From the IMG/VR virus record IMGVR_UViG_3300017766_000684, positions 1 to 48,380 of that record: a stretch of DNA of 48,380 nucleotides. One strand, given 5' to 3'. The notes under the pieces were generated by a model. The model saw only the letters and a list, made by a program, of their open reading frames with translations, did not search any database and was not told where the DNA came from. This stretch comes from a virus. Its lineage: Duplodnaviria; Caudoviricetes. This document shows, in pieces, positions 1 to 8,955 of this stretch. The position numbers were made by a program, and so were the translations under genes. The number at the start of each line of letters is the position of its first letter. Within the stretch, counting starts at the first letter, position 1.

Positions 1-101
1 AAGATCTTAAGAGTGAAGTAAGCATCGAGCGCATTACCTCTTGCCATCATAGGCAAGGGCATGTTGGCCCAATCTACTTTCTTTCCATCTTGTCCTAACA
101 T
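1..101 (-). CDS. polA: DNA polymerase family A, second part (only its 5' end is in the window); begins with the ExoIII segment of the 3'-5' exonuclease domain
   Basis: Not in the ORF track. Manual translation from ATG at 101-99 gives MLGQDGKKVDWANMPLPMMARGNALDAYFTLKI, matching the Pol A ExoIII helix pattern (YxxxDA..T, here GNALDAYFT). The ATG overlaps the upstream TAA (TAATG). Confidence 0.7.
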   Translation of the reverse strand, partial: MLGQDGKKVDWANMPLPMMARGNALDAYFTLKI

Positions 102-1129
102 TAGATGATACCTTGCTCTGATGGGAAGTAATAACCTACGAGATCCTTCAAGCTCTTAGGAAGGTTCTCGTCGATCAAGTGCTGCATGATCTTGGTATCG
201 GAAATTATACCTCGCACTTCAACCCCCAATTGCTTAAGGAACTTAAGATCGAACTGAGCCTTGTGCAGGACCTTAACCGTATGGTTTCTGAATACACGAT
301 TGAGGAAGTCTACCACCTCAGTGATCCAACCCTTGGGCTGAACGAACTCTGGGTGATGCACAGGAATAGTGACAGTGTATTGCTTGTTGTCACCCATGTC
401 GAAGCTAAGGGCGATGGTCTGAATCTTATCCTTGAGGAAGTCCAAGCCAGTAGTTTCGATATCAATAGCTACATCGAACCGAGTGTAGGTATCAAGGCCC
501 CACAGCTTAAGAATATCGTCGATCATGATCCAAGTGAACTCAGAGTTAACGTCAGCCTTAACTAGAACCTGCTCGATGGCATTCTGGATATCCAGAGAGA
601 ACAGGTAGTCGTTCTGCGGCTCAACGATCACCTGAGTTGGATTATAGATCGGCACCACAGGGATTCCCTCGTAGTGGTCGATAATCTTACCCCGCTTGTT
701 CATGATGCCAGACTTCTTGGTTAGCATCACCATGGGAAGATTTCCGCACACGAAGATCAGGCTAGGCTTGCACTTCTCTATCGTCTTAGCGATGTGCTGG
801 CGGCAGATATCCTTATCGTCCTTAGACATGTCCTTGTCCTTGACGCTTGGGCATTTAACCGCAGCGGTGTATTCCACGGACCCTAAGAGGTGCTTGAACC
901 CAGCCTTCTCGATGGCGGATTCGATTAGAGCCTCCTCCTTGCTGGTGAACGGGGTCAGCTCTCCGAACTCCATCTTAAACGATTCGGACACGAACAGGAT
1001 CGAGCATTCGTTTGGAAAACCCTCCTCTTCGTGATCCATGATCGAGTGGCATGGCTTGTTCTTTTCGAGGATGGAGCAACCGTTGCACAGATTATTTTGC
1101 AACTTAAACGGATCAGGCAGGATTCTCAT
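101..1129 (-). CDS. polA: DNA polymerase A N-terminal part: family-4 uracil-DNA-glycosylase-like domain fused to a partial 3'-5' exonuclease domain
   Basis: UDG4-like Fe-S cysteines (CNGC...VKCP...C), PSLIFVCGN and VVPIYNP; then ExoI DIETTGLD, ExoII HKAQFD, DTKIM and SLKDL; SPO1-polymerase-like architecture. Confidence 0.85.
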   Translation of the reverse strand: MRILPDPFKLQNNLCNGCSILEKNKPCHSIMDHEEEGFPNECSILFVSESFKMEFGELTPFTSKEEALIESAIEKAGFKHLLGSVEYTAAVKCPSVKDKDMSKDDKDICRQHIAKTIEKCKPSLIFVCGNLPMVMLTKKSGIMNKRGKIIDHYEGIPVVPIYNPTQVIVEPQNDYLFSLDIQNAIEQVLVKADVNSEFTWIMIDDILKLWGLDTYTRFDVAIDIETTGLDFLKDKIQTIALSFDMGDNKQYTVTIPVHHPEFVQPKGWITEVVDFLNRVFRNHTVKVLHKAQFDLKFLKQLGVEVRGIISDTKIMQHLIDENLPKSLKDLVGYYFPSEQGII

Positions 1130-1143
1130 ACTATGATTACCTT

Positions 1144-1506
1144 GTGTCTAATTATATTAATAATAAAAGGTTTGAGGAATTAATTAAGCTTCACTGTTCG
1201 GGGGATTTTTCGCAAGACGAGGAACTCATGCAGAGTTTTGATGCCCTCATCTCAAACATCATAGACGCATTCCACTTCAAAGTGGACAAGGAGGATGCAA
1301 AACAAGATTGCTTCCTCCTTATACTCAGAACTCTCAAGAACTTCAACCCCAAAAGCGGATCGGCGTTTAATTATTTCACGACAGTTATAATTAACAATTT
1401 AAAACTTGTCGCTACTAAAATTAAACGCCACCGATTAAAGTTAGAATCTTACTTTGAATTTAAGTTTGGGATGAGTATTCAACCTCTGGATCCAAGCTCG
1501 TATTGA
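1144..1506 (+). CDS. gp55: T4 gp55-like late transcription sigma factor
   Basis: N-terminal YINNKRF and region-2 motif KNFNPKSGSAFNYFTTVI, characteristic of gp55-family sigma factors; GTG start. Confidence 0.8.
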   Translation: MSNYINNKRFEELIKLHCSGDFSQDEELMQSFDALISNIIDAFHFKVDKEDAKQDCFLLILRTLKNFNPKSGSAFNYFTTVIINNLKLVATKIKRHRLKLESYFEFKFGMSIQPLDPSSY

Positions 1507-1841
1507 ATCGCAGTCGGGTTGTCATTAACTTCTACTTGAAGTGGTGAATTCTCGTCTCCACCGTATCTAAAAGTTACTAAGGTTGGGACATAGTTAAGGT
1601 GCTTCTGCTTGAAGTTACCTTCGCCTACCCAATCGACCATCTCATGGAAAGCCTCAGGCAGGTCGAAAAGATTAACGCGGCAGTCGTAGCCTTTAATCTT
1701 CTTCGCAGCATTACTCCATGGGGTATAGAAGAGCACACGGATGAACTTAGGCAACGCAGGGTCACCATTCCCAATCCGTCCGATGCAATCCATCAGATAC
1801 TTAAACTTGTCGTGAGACTTTACGCTACGTGGGAAACTCAT
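1479..1841 (-). CDS. Thioredoxin-fold protein lacking the CxxC active site
   Basis: RVLFYTPWSNAAK aligns with thioredoxin FxAxWCxxCK; downstream cis-Pro motif VPTLVTF. Confidence 0.55.
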   Translation of the reverse strand: MSFPRSVKSHDKFKYLMDCIGRIGNGDPALPKFIRVLFYTPWSNAAKKIKGYDCRVNLFDLPEAFHEMVDWVGEGNFKQKHLNYVPTLVTFRYGGDENSPLQVEVNDNPTAIQYELGSRG

Positions 1842-2152
1842 TGCTGTTTAATCTTATCTTCCAGTGATTGAATATTAATTCCAGAAGCTTCAAGCTTCTC
1901 TCTAAGATCCTTATCTTCTATAAGCTTTCTAGCAGCATCCTGCAATTTAAAGTTTAAGTATTCAATACCATTGAAGAATATTTGCTTGGTAAAATCTTCA
2001 ATAGAAAGTTGATCTGGCTTTATGTGGTCTGACCAATTCTTAAAACCTTCAGCTTCGTCTTTGTTTAATTTAATAGTTACTTTCATACGTCCTCTTGATC
2101 TGTCATCAATAGATGTTTTCCAATCTGAAACATTTAGTTTAATTTTTGACAC
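1838..2152 (-). CDS. Hypothetical phage protein
   Basis: 104-aa ORF, GTG start, ATGA overlap with the downstream gene. Confidence 0.7.
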   Translation of the reverse strand: MSKIKLNVSDWKTSIDDRSRGRMKVTIKLNKDEAEGFKNWSDHIKPDQLSIEDFTKQIFFNGIEYLNFKLQDAARKLIEDKDLREKLEASGINIQSLEDKIKQQ

Positions 2153-2167
2153 ATTCTATAATAGCAC

Positions 2168-2728
2168 ATGACCAAAAAAATTGAAGATGATTTCGATCTC
2201 ACTACTTTAATCGCCAACAAAAAGAAGCGTAAGAATAGTAGAACAAAAGGTAACTCGTTTGAACGTAAAGTTTGCCATATACTTAATACTCATTTTAATA
2301 CTACTGAGTTCATGAGATCTCCAGGTTCTGGTGCATTCTCTACGACCCATAAGTTACCTGAGCATTTAAAGTTTAGTGGAGATCTAATAACACCTAAAAA
2401 CTTTAAGTTTATTATAGAATGTAAGAAAGGTTATAATAAAGAAAATCTTGGATCAATATTTAATCTTAAATCGGAACTTCAGAATTTTATCTTCCAGGCC
2501 GAACGAGATGCAAGCAAAATCCAGAAACAATTTTTAATAGTGTTCCAGCAGGATCGGAAAGATATCTTATGCTTGTTCAGTAAAGATGATAATTTAATCT
2601 TAGCAGACAAAGCTTTAACTTTAGATTATCTTCAATTAAAAACTCAAGGTAAGACTTATATTGTTTGCAGATTAGGGGACATACTTTCTTACACAAGAAA
2701 GTTTAATTCAGACCATCTCTGGCTATAA
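2168..2728 (+). CDS. Holliday junction resolvase-like PD-(D/E)XK nuclease
   Basis: NSRTKGNSFER...GDLI...FIIECKKGY, the Hjc/phage resolvase pattern. Confidence 0.8.
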   Translation: MTKKIEDDFDLTTLIANKKKRKNSRTKGNSFERKVCHILNTHFNTTEFMRSPGSGAFSTTHKLPEHLKFSGDLITPKNFKFIIECKKGYNKENLGSIFNLKSELQNFIFQAERDASKIQKQFLIVFQQDRKDILCLFSKDDNLILADKALTLDYLQLKTQGKTYIVCRLGDILSYTRKFNSDHLWL

Positions 2729-5191
2729 TTTCTCAAACCTCTTCAAAACATACCCTGGAATAAAAGAATCTCTTCTCTTCGTTCCTTTCTTTGAAGAAGC
2801 TGACACTGAGGCAGTGTAAACTTCATTCCCCTCATCATCGAAGTATTTAGTTTCATTTTTATCTACATTTAAACTAATCTTTAGTTGACCAGCCTTGTTC
2901 GTAGGATTAGTTCTTATCTTCTTTAAGGAAAGAAGCAGATCATTTTGCTTACAATCAATATTGTAATTGTCAACGATACCAGCGATTGAAATATTTGTTA
3001 GTGGATTTCTAGATCCTGCTGCTGCGAACTCAGACATAACAGAATGATTAACTGCTGATTGTCTAGTTCTTTCATCTTTAGAATTTAGTTTGTTCTCCAT
3101 AAGAACACCAACCATGTATGTTTTTATCATGGACTTCATTTGAATTTCCATAGCTTCAGGATCAGCCATTTGTAGCTTAGGTGTGTCCAGGTATTCTTCT
3201 AGTTGTTCTCTAAACTCTGATTGAATTCTTTCTCCATAACTAAATTTCTTATCTATAAGATTTAATAAATTTTTGCAGTAATCTTTAAATGGCTCTACTT
3301 TAATTTTTTTATCAGCATTCAGTATTGATTTTGTTGTAGCTATTAGCGGAGTTGAGTCTATCTTTTCTTCCAGCATATCAATCTCTCGTTGAACTTTCTG
3401 TAGGTCTTTATACTCAGCACTGTTATCATCAGTCATCCAGGGTGCTTCAAAGAATGTCGCCATGCCTTTTCTTAATTGAAAAATTTCTTCGGGATTGTCC
3501 ACGCAAGACTTACCCTTGTGCATGCAATCTTTACCTCTAAACAAACCTCTTAATGTATTTTCTGATACTGAACCTAGCCCCACACCACCCCTTGCCTCGA
3601 TGTAGCATTTCAAGCTAACGTCAACTCCCCAATACTCGCCGTCTTTACACTCTTCATCGTCACACTTTCTTATGTGACCCTCTTTCACAAGTCTCTCTAC
3701 CTCTACACTAGGAATCTTCAATGCTTGCGCGCACTCCTCTGGGCTGTTCCAAAGTTCCAGCAAGTCACCCTTCTTTCCGAATCTTGTGTCTCTAGCAATG
3801 CTAACTACCTTTACAGGTTTTCTTCTGTTGTAATTTCTAGCCGCCATAGAAATTACTGATCTGAATATTTTATCAGATACTCCATCTTTCCCATATAGAT
3901 TACTAAGCTGCATTAGAACTATGTTCTGCGCTTCGGCAGATTCTTTGTCATCAACTAAGCTAACGTCTTCTGCATCTTCATAAGCTTGAAGAGCTTCAAT
4001 CAGACTTTTCTTTTTGTTTTTAAATCTTTCTTCAAAGCTTTGTAGCAATTTGCTACTGCAATTATTTAGATTTGGTCTGTTATCTTTTGTTCCTATGCAC
4101 TCCATGGTATCAACAACAAGCTTCTGAACTGCTTCGAAGAACTCGCCACGAACTTGTCTAAGACCACCACTGGCAACCTCTTGCTCCCCAAGGCCGCAGT
4201 TCGCCGTCTCCAATATTGAGTTCAATAATTTTCTAGTTGTATTATTATTGTCCCTAATTAGAACGCTGTTGTTTTGTGCTAGTTGTATTTTTAGATGCTG
4301 TGATCTCTCAGGGATTATTGTCTTCTTTATCTTTTCACATTTCTCAGGGTCGATCCCACCATCTTTGTCTATTGATTTTTTTACCGACTCTATTATGTTC
4401 TTTATTTTTTTGTTTGCTTGATCTATTAAATGAATATTACGTTCAGCTTCTGAGAAGACATATCTCCCAGCCTCAGTTCGTATTTCTACGGGAGTGAATA
4501 TCTTCTTGGCTATTGACCCATGCACTCCAGTGCCTGCAAACGCTCTCCTAAATCCTTCAATTAATTTACTAGCATCTGTAGACCCTATTTGTCCAACTAG
4601 CTGTGATGCTATTTGATCGTCACTTATGCCAAGATTATTTCTTAGATACTTCCAAAGTATTGTTTTATCTACTTTTGCTAAATCTACTTTTCCACCTTTG
4701 TATGACTGTATAAATTTAATAACTTTATTTATACCAGTCAACTTTAGAAAGTCTTCTGCCCCCCAGAGACTAGCCTGTAGCAGGGCATCCTGTTGCTCTG
4801 CACTCACCTGTGGATCTTGTTGAGTGCCCCCGGCTGCTGCTTGAGTAGTAGCGTCTTCTTGTTCAGTTCCGTCCTGGAAAAGAGGATAAGCGTTCTGAGG
4901 GTTATTAGTTAAGTTATAAGTATTAGGTCCACTTCTGAGAGCTATGGTTTTTTTTTGAGTAATCCATACTTCGAAAGTTTTTCCCCCATAAGTGGCAGTA
5001 GCTTTATTCTTGTCTGTAGCTGCCTTCGGAGTGCCTGTGATTACAGATTTAACTCTTTCTTCAGGACTATTACCTGTTACTTGAATTTGACCCGCTGATT
5101 CATTAAGCTGTTGCTCAAATAAAAGTTTAGTTATATCAACCAAGCTTTTAGTTTTTAAATAACTCTCAAGTAATTCGTTGTAATAATTCAT
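2723..5191 (-). CDS. Large hypothetical protein (822 aa); possible head-packaged protein with a PD-(D/E)XK-like segment
   Basis: Long ORF directly downstream of the tail tube gene; N-terminal LLE/LFE/LNE motifs; GEFFE...KGDL...DVSLK. Confidence 0.6.
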   Translation of the reverse strand: MNYYNELLESYLKTKSLVDITKLLFEQQLNESAGQIQVTGNSPEERVKSVITGTPKAATDKNKATATYGGKTFEVWITQKKTIALRSGPNTYNLTNNPQNAYPLFQDGTEQEDATTQAAAGGTQQDPQVSAEQQDALLQASLWGAEDFLKLTGINKVIKFIQSYKGGKVDLAKVDKTILWKYLRNNLGISDDQIASQLVGQIGSTDASKLIEGFRRAFAGTGVHGSIAKKIFTPVEIRTEAGRYVFSEAERNIHLIDQANKKIKNIIESVKKSIDKDGGIDPEKCEKIKKTIIPERSQHLKIQLAQNNSVLIRDNNNTTRKLLNSILETANCGLGEQEVASGGLRQVRGEFFEAVQKLVVDTMECIGTKDNRPNLNNCSSKLLQSFEERFKNKKKSLIEALQAYEDAEDVSLVDDKESAEAQNIVLMQLSNLYGKDGVSDKIFRSVISMAARNYNRRKPVKVVSIARDTRFGKKGDLLELWNSPEECAQALKIPSVEVERLVKEGHIRKCDDEECKDGEYWGVDVSLKCYIEARGGVGLGSVSENTLRGLFRGKDCMHKGKSCVDNPEEIFQLRKGMATFFEAPWMTDDNSAEYKDLQKVQREIDMLEEKIDSTPLIATTKSILNADKKIKVEPFKDYCKNLLNLIDKKFSYGERIQSEFREQLEEYLDTPKLQMADPEAMEIQMKSMIKTYMVGVLMENKLNSKDERTRQSAVNHSVMSEFAAAGSRNPLTNISIAGIVDNYNIDCKQNDLLLSLKKIRTNPTNKAGQLKISLNVDKNETKYFDDEGNEVYTASVSASSKKGTKRRDSFIPGYVLKRFEKL

Positions 5192-5204
5192 AACCTTATT
5201 ATAG

Positions 5205-5235
5205 AAAAATAGCCTACCTTAATAGGTAGGCTATT
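5205..5235 (-). terminator. Rho-independent terminator after the tail tube gene
   Basis: Perfect 12-bp inverted repeat aatagcctacct-taat-aggtaggctatt (5208-5235), followed by a T-run on the minus strand. Confidence 0.85.
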
Positions 5236-5262
5236 CAAATTAGATACGATTATTTATTAAAA

Positions 5263-5847
5263 TTACTTACGGTAGTAATCTATGTAATCGAATTGGAAGT
5301 CTACGAGCATTGTGTTGAAGTCACCTTGTGAGCCGTAATTTCTTTCTGCAAATTCAACTTTTTCTGGGTATACTCCGTAGAGATCTATTGCACCTATTGG
5401 AGTTCTAGTATTATCCAATTCTACTATGCGAAGTCTCTTAGCCTTAAACTGTCTTGACCCTGGGCTGCCTAGTCTGCTGTTGCCTGAGGTCTGATCTCCA
5501 GTCATTGGGTTGTAAACTGTCTTGAACCATTCCCATAAAGCTTCCTGGCTCTTAACAGCATACAAGTTGTCAAAAGTAATTCTCACAGCTTCATGCTGAA
5601 CTTTCCCAGGGTAGTGAACAAGATCATTAACTCTAAAAACTTTAATTGATTCAACACCAAAAGCCATAGCGTTAACTTGCTTTGCGGCTAATGTTAATGA
5701 TTGTTGAACGCTAGAGTTTGGAACTCCCTCAAATGTCACTTCGAATTGATAAGTTCTTACTGAATCTAGGGCAGTTGAAATTAGTGGTAAACCACCACGA
5801 TCTCTCTGGACCTGTCTATTAATTTGATCTTTATAGAAGTTAACCAT
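5263..5847 (-). CDS. gp19: Tail tube protein (T4 gp19-like)
   Basis: RTYQFEVTF, YPGKV..E.V.ITF, LWEWFKTVYNP.TG, LYGVYP, VDFQFDY; follows the sheath gene. Confidence 0.9.
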   Translation of the reverse strand: MVNFYKDQINRQVQRDRGGLPLISTALDSVRTYQFEVTFEGVPNSSVQQSLTLAAKQVNAMAFGVESIKVFRVNDLVHYPGKVQHEAVRITFDNLYAVKSQEALWEWFKTVYNPMTGDQTSGNSRLGSPGSRQFKAKRLRIVELDNTRTPIGAIDLYGVYPEKVEFAERNYGSQGDFNTMLVDFQFDYIDYYRK

Positions 5848-5852
5848 AATTA

Positions 5853-7916
5853 TTATCCGCTAAACTTGGCTGACTGATTGGTCAGATTTACTTCAAAGAT
5901 TACCCATTCGGCAGTCTTTGTTGGCTTCAATAGAATCTTGCACCATAGCTCGTTTCTATCTACTCTCACGGGAGTATTAACTGTTTCATCGCAAACAACT
6001 CTGAAGTCTGTTATTCCTCTTCTAGCCTTAATATCTGAGAGGATAGCTTCAGAGTTCTCCTTGATCGTCTCCCAGGTAAACTCGTCATTAGGCTCAAACA
6101 ATGACGTTCTTCCAGACTGCAACAATACCTTTCTAAGATATATCATAAGTCTTCTAACATTAACTCTATCAAGAGCAGTTGGAAGTCTTTGAGCAGTTTT
6201 CTGTCCGAAGATTGTTATACCCTCTGGTGAGAAATTAACTATTGGGTTCACGTTGCTGTTATAAAGTGAGTCTCTATCCCCTTGATTTAGGGCGACCTCT
6301 GTGGCTGTTGGCTTAGTAAGTCTTCCTCTTCTGAATCCCGCTGGTGCGAACCAAGTCTCAGCAAGAGCATCGGTAGCGACCATTTGTCTTATTGCAAATA
6401 TGACTGGATCAAACCACATATCCTTCGCTGAGAATACATCGAAGACTTGAACCCAAGGCCAATATACAGCAGCCCAGGAGCTATTTAGTGCGGCTGTTCT
6501 TCCTGTTGCTCTACCATTCATCCAATCAGTTACTTCTTGGACAGTGTTGTAGGCTGTTCCAAAAGGAGGAGATAGAACGGCTAAAAAGTTTTGACTTGTT
6601 TCTGCAACAGTAACTAGAGCTTGCTGAACATCTTGATCGTTGATACCTGGGATTGCAGCAGTTGAAATATTTAGTAAGTCATCATCAAGAGCATAGATTC
6701 CCGTCTTAGCTGTTGAAGAGCCAATTACTGTTGAAGCATCCATGGCACCGTTGTCACCCCCAGCCATGTCGTAGCTCTTATCTATTAGTTTTACGAACTT
6801 TACGTTAGCACTCGCAGTTGTGTCACCAGCGGAGTTTGTAATAGTAACTCCAGCAGAGAGGTCAGTTGGATAAACTGAAGATAGCGTGCTAATGAAGCTA
6901 TCCATCTTGGTTAGCGACCCGATAGCACCACCGGACGTATACAACTCACCCATTATGAAATCTGAAGTTGGGTTTTCTGATGTAGTATTGATTACAGTTT
7001 CAATAAATGTAGTATCATTTAGCAATGAAACTTTAAATGATTCGGCAGCCACTGCATCATCATTTATAGTTAATACTGAGTTCTCACCCCCTGCTGTATC
7101 GACTTCTAATCCAACTCCCAAAGTTTGACCTGTTGTTGAGTCGTAGTCTATATTATATCCAGCACCAGGATAAAGTGATTGAACCAAGTATCTAAAACTC
7201 GTTGCAGAAATATCAAGTCCAGTCTTTGTTACAGAAGACGTAACTGACCCAGCCTCTGTTGAACTGCTTAGGGTTATATCTCTAAGAGCACTAGTAGCGG
7301 CAGTGAAACCCGAGTCTGAGTAAGAAGTCACCGACAACTCCGCATACTTCCCAGCATAAGGAGCGATCAAATATCCTGTAGAGGTTGTAGTCGAGTCAAA
7401 CGCTACGAACACATGATCATCTTTTACTGATCCATCACCAATTTTTTCAGCTAAAGCGGAAGCTTGCCCAATTGAAGCCAAGGATCCACTGGCTACTGAT
7501 ATTTGTTTTGAAGTTAAAACTTGAACACCCTCCCCGTCCTTCACTGAAACTTTAAGGTATAGTGGGGTAGTTATTCCATAGGATGAAGCTGTAAAAGCAA
7601 CGGCAGGACAAACTCCAAATTGTAAAGTTGCGGATGCATTTGAAGCGTCCGCTCCGATGGCTCTGACATATTGAATTTGATTAGTGGCTTCAAGAATTTC
7701 TAACGCACCCTCTAACCCCTGTCCTGTCATGCTCTCGTTCGGCTTTCCGAAAGTTCTTAACAAGTTTTCTTGGCTTGTTATTAAAGTAGCTTTATTTGTT
7801 GGTCCTTTTGATGCAAAACCAACCAATCCCACTACGGAAGAATTTACGTTTGGTGGATAAGCAGAGTTGTCCTTTTCTAGAAAGACTACTGCTGGGCTAT
7901 TAGGTATTCCTGCCAT
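5853..7916 (-). CDS. gp18: Tail sheath protein (T4 gp18-like)
   Basis: SPAVVFLEKD, GFASKGP, YWPW, WFAPAGFRRG, IFGQKT, LDRVNVRRL, FEPND. Confidence 0.96.
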   Translation of the reverse strand: MAGIPNSPAVVFLEKDNSAYPPNVNSSVVGLVGFASKGPTNKATLITSQENLLRTFGKPNESMTGQGLEGALEILEATNQIQYVRAIGADASNASATLQFGVCPAVAFTASSYGITTPLYLKVSVKDGEGVQVLTSKQISVASGSLASIGQASALAEKIGDGSVKDDHVFVAFDSTTTSTGYLIAPYAGKYAELSVTSYSDSGFTAATSALRDITLSSSTEAGSVTSSVTKTGLDISATSFRYLVQSLYPGAGYNIDYDSTTGQTLGVGLEVDTAGGENSVLTINDDAVAAESFKVSLLNDTTFIETVINTTSENPTSDFIMGELYTSGGAIGSLTKMDSFISTLSSVYPTDLSAGVTITNSAGDTTASANVKFVKLIDKSYDMAGGDNGAMDASTVIGSSTAKTGIYALDDDLLNISTAAIPGINDQDVQQALVTVAETSQNFLAVLSPPFGTAYNTVQEVTDWMNGRATGRTAALNSSWAAVYWPWVQVFDVFSAKDMWFDPVIFAIRQMVATDALAETWFAPAGFRRGRLTKPTATEVALNQGDRDSLYNSNVNPIVNFSPEGITIFGQKTAQRLPTALDRVNVRRLMIYLRKVLLQSGRTSLFEPNDEFTWETIKENSEAILSDIKARRGITDFRVVCDETVNTPVRVDRNELWCKILLKPTKTAEWVIFEVNLTNQSAKFSG

Positions 7917-7925
7917 TTTAGATCC

Positions 7926-8156
7926 TTAGTTTTCTATACTTACTAATCTTCTATCATGAAGATTTCTTATTTGCTGAGTAATTTCAGATTCAAGCACGGT
8001 AATCTTTTGTCTTGGTGATAGCCAGACTGTTTTATATCCAGAGCTAGAATTTAAAATTATTGAAAATCCTTGAACAGATTTGTTTCTTACCGTCTTAGTG
8101 GTAGGCCCAGCCGCACTAACTGGGTTTAATATTGACTTTAATTGTATTTTAGACAC
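7926..8156 (-). CDS. Small hypothetical protein in the tail operon
   Basis: 76-aa ORF with GTG start and GAGG upstream, co-oriented between the gp15-like and sheath genes. Confidence 0.65.
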   Translation of the reverse strand: MSKIQLKSILNPVSAAGPTTKTVRNKSVQGFSIILNSSSGYKTVWLSPRQKITVLESEITQQIRNLHDRRLVSIEN

Positions 8157-8198
8157 TTTAAGGACTTCCTCAACAAAATTTAGATAAATATCTATTAG

Positions 8199-8204
8199 TA
8201 TTTA
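8199..8204 (-). promoter_or_regulatory. Putative T4-type late promoter (TAAATA)
   Basis: GTAAATA on the minus strand in the intergenic region upstream of the 76-aa/sheath/tube genes. Confidence 0.5.
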
Positions 8205-8244
8205 CACTCTCAGGACGTAATTTTAATTTAATTTTTTCAATAAA

Positions 8245-8955
8245 TTAAATTAAAGACCCAGAAGTATCTACTATCTCTAGATCAAAGTTAAGTTCCTCTA
8301 TTTTGCCTGTTGAAGTATAAAGGAACTCTGGAGATGGAATATAAGTCTCTACTGTTAGATTTAACACAGTTTTTAAAACTCTATCCTCTGTATCATCGGC
8401 ATCTAGGACAGATGCACTAGATTCGTCGGTCAGAAAACATTTAGTTATTTGGCTATGTTTTGTTTGTATTTCTAAATCAGGATTGAACATACCTGATATA
8501 GTCTCTCGTATTTGATCTAAATCTTCTCTATACTTAGCCCATATGTTTATGCTATAGTTTATATCAACTGGTCTTGGAGCTAAACTTAATATTCTTATTG
8601 CTCTATTTTTATCATTATCCCAATAAGATTTATTGACTAGTAAGGGGGTATATCTCCCACGTTTTTTGGTGTCAGTAAGTTTAACTGATTGATTCTCAGC
8701 TATAGTTATTACTGGTAAAGTTATATTATTACCGACTGTAGCCTTAGCAATCGCCCTCTCCTGATTAGCATGGAAGCATTTAATCCTGACAGAGTTGCTA
8801 TCCTTGTCAATGTAATAGACATCACTAAAAGTAGATATTAAAAATCTTAAAGTATCTTTATATACTTTCTGTATATACATCCCGCTTGAAGAGTTAGTCT
8901 TTTCTAGGATTTTTTGAATAACATCATACTTTACAGATTGCATATTACTCCTCAA
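8245..8955 (-). CDS. gp15: Tail terminator / sheath stabiliser (T4 gp15-like)
   Basis: ITLPVITI, PRPVDINYSINIWAKY..D..QI.E.I...FNP; position after gp14. Confidence 0.75.
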   Translation of the reverse strand: MRSNMQSVKYDVIQKILEKTNSSSGMYIQKVYKDTLRFLISTFSDVYYIDKDSNSVRIKCFHANQERAIAKATVGNNITLPVITIAENQSVKLTDTKKRGRYTPLLVNKSYWDNDKNRAIRILSLAPRPVDINYSINIWAKYREDLDQIRETISGMFNPDLEIQTKHSQITKCFLTDESSASVLDADDTEDRVLKTVLNLTVETYIPSPEFLYTSTGKIEELNFDLEIVDTSGSLI

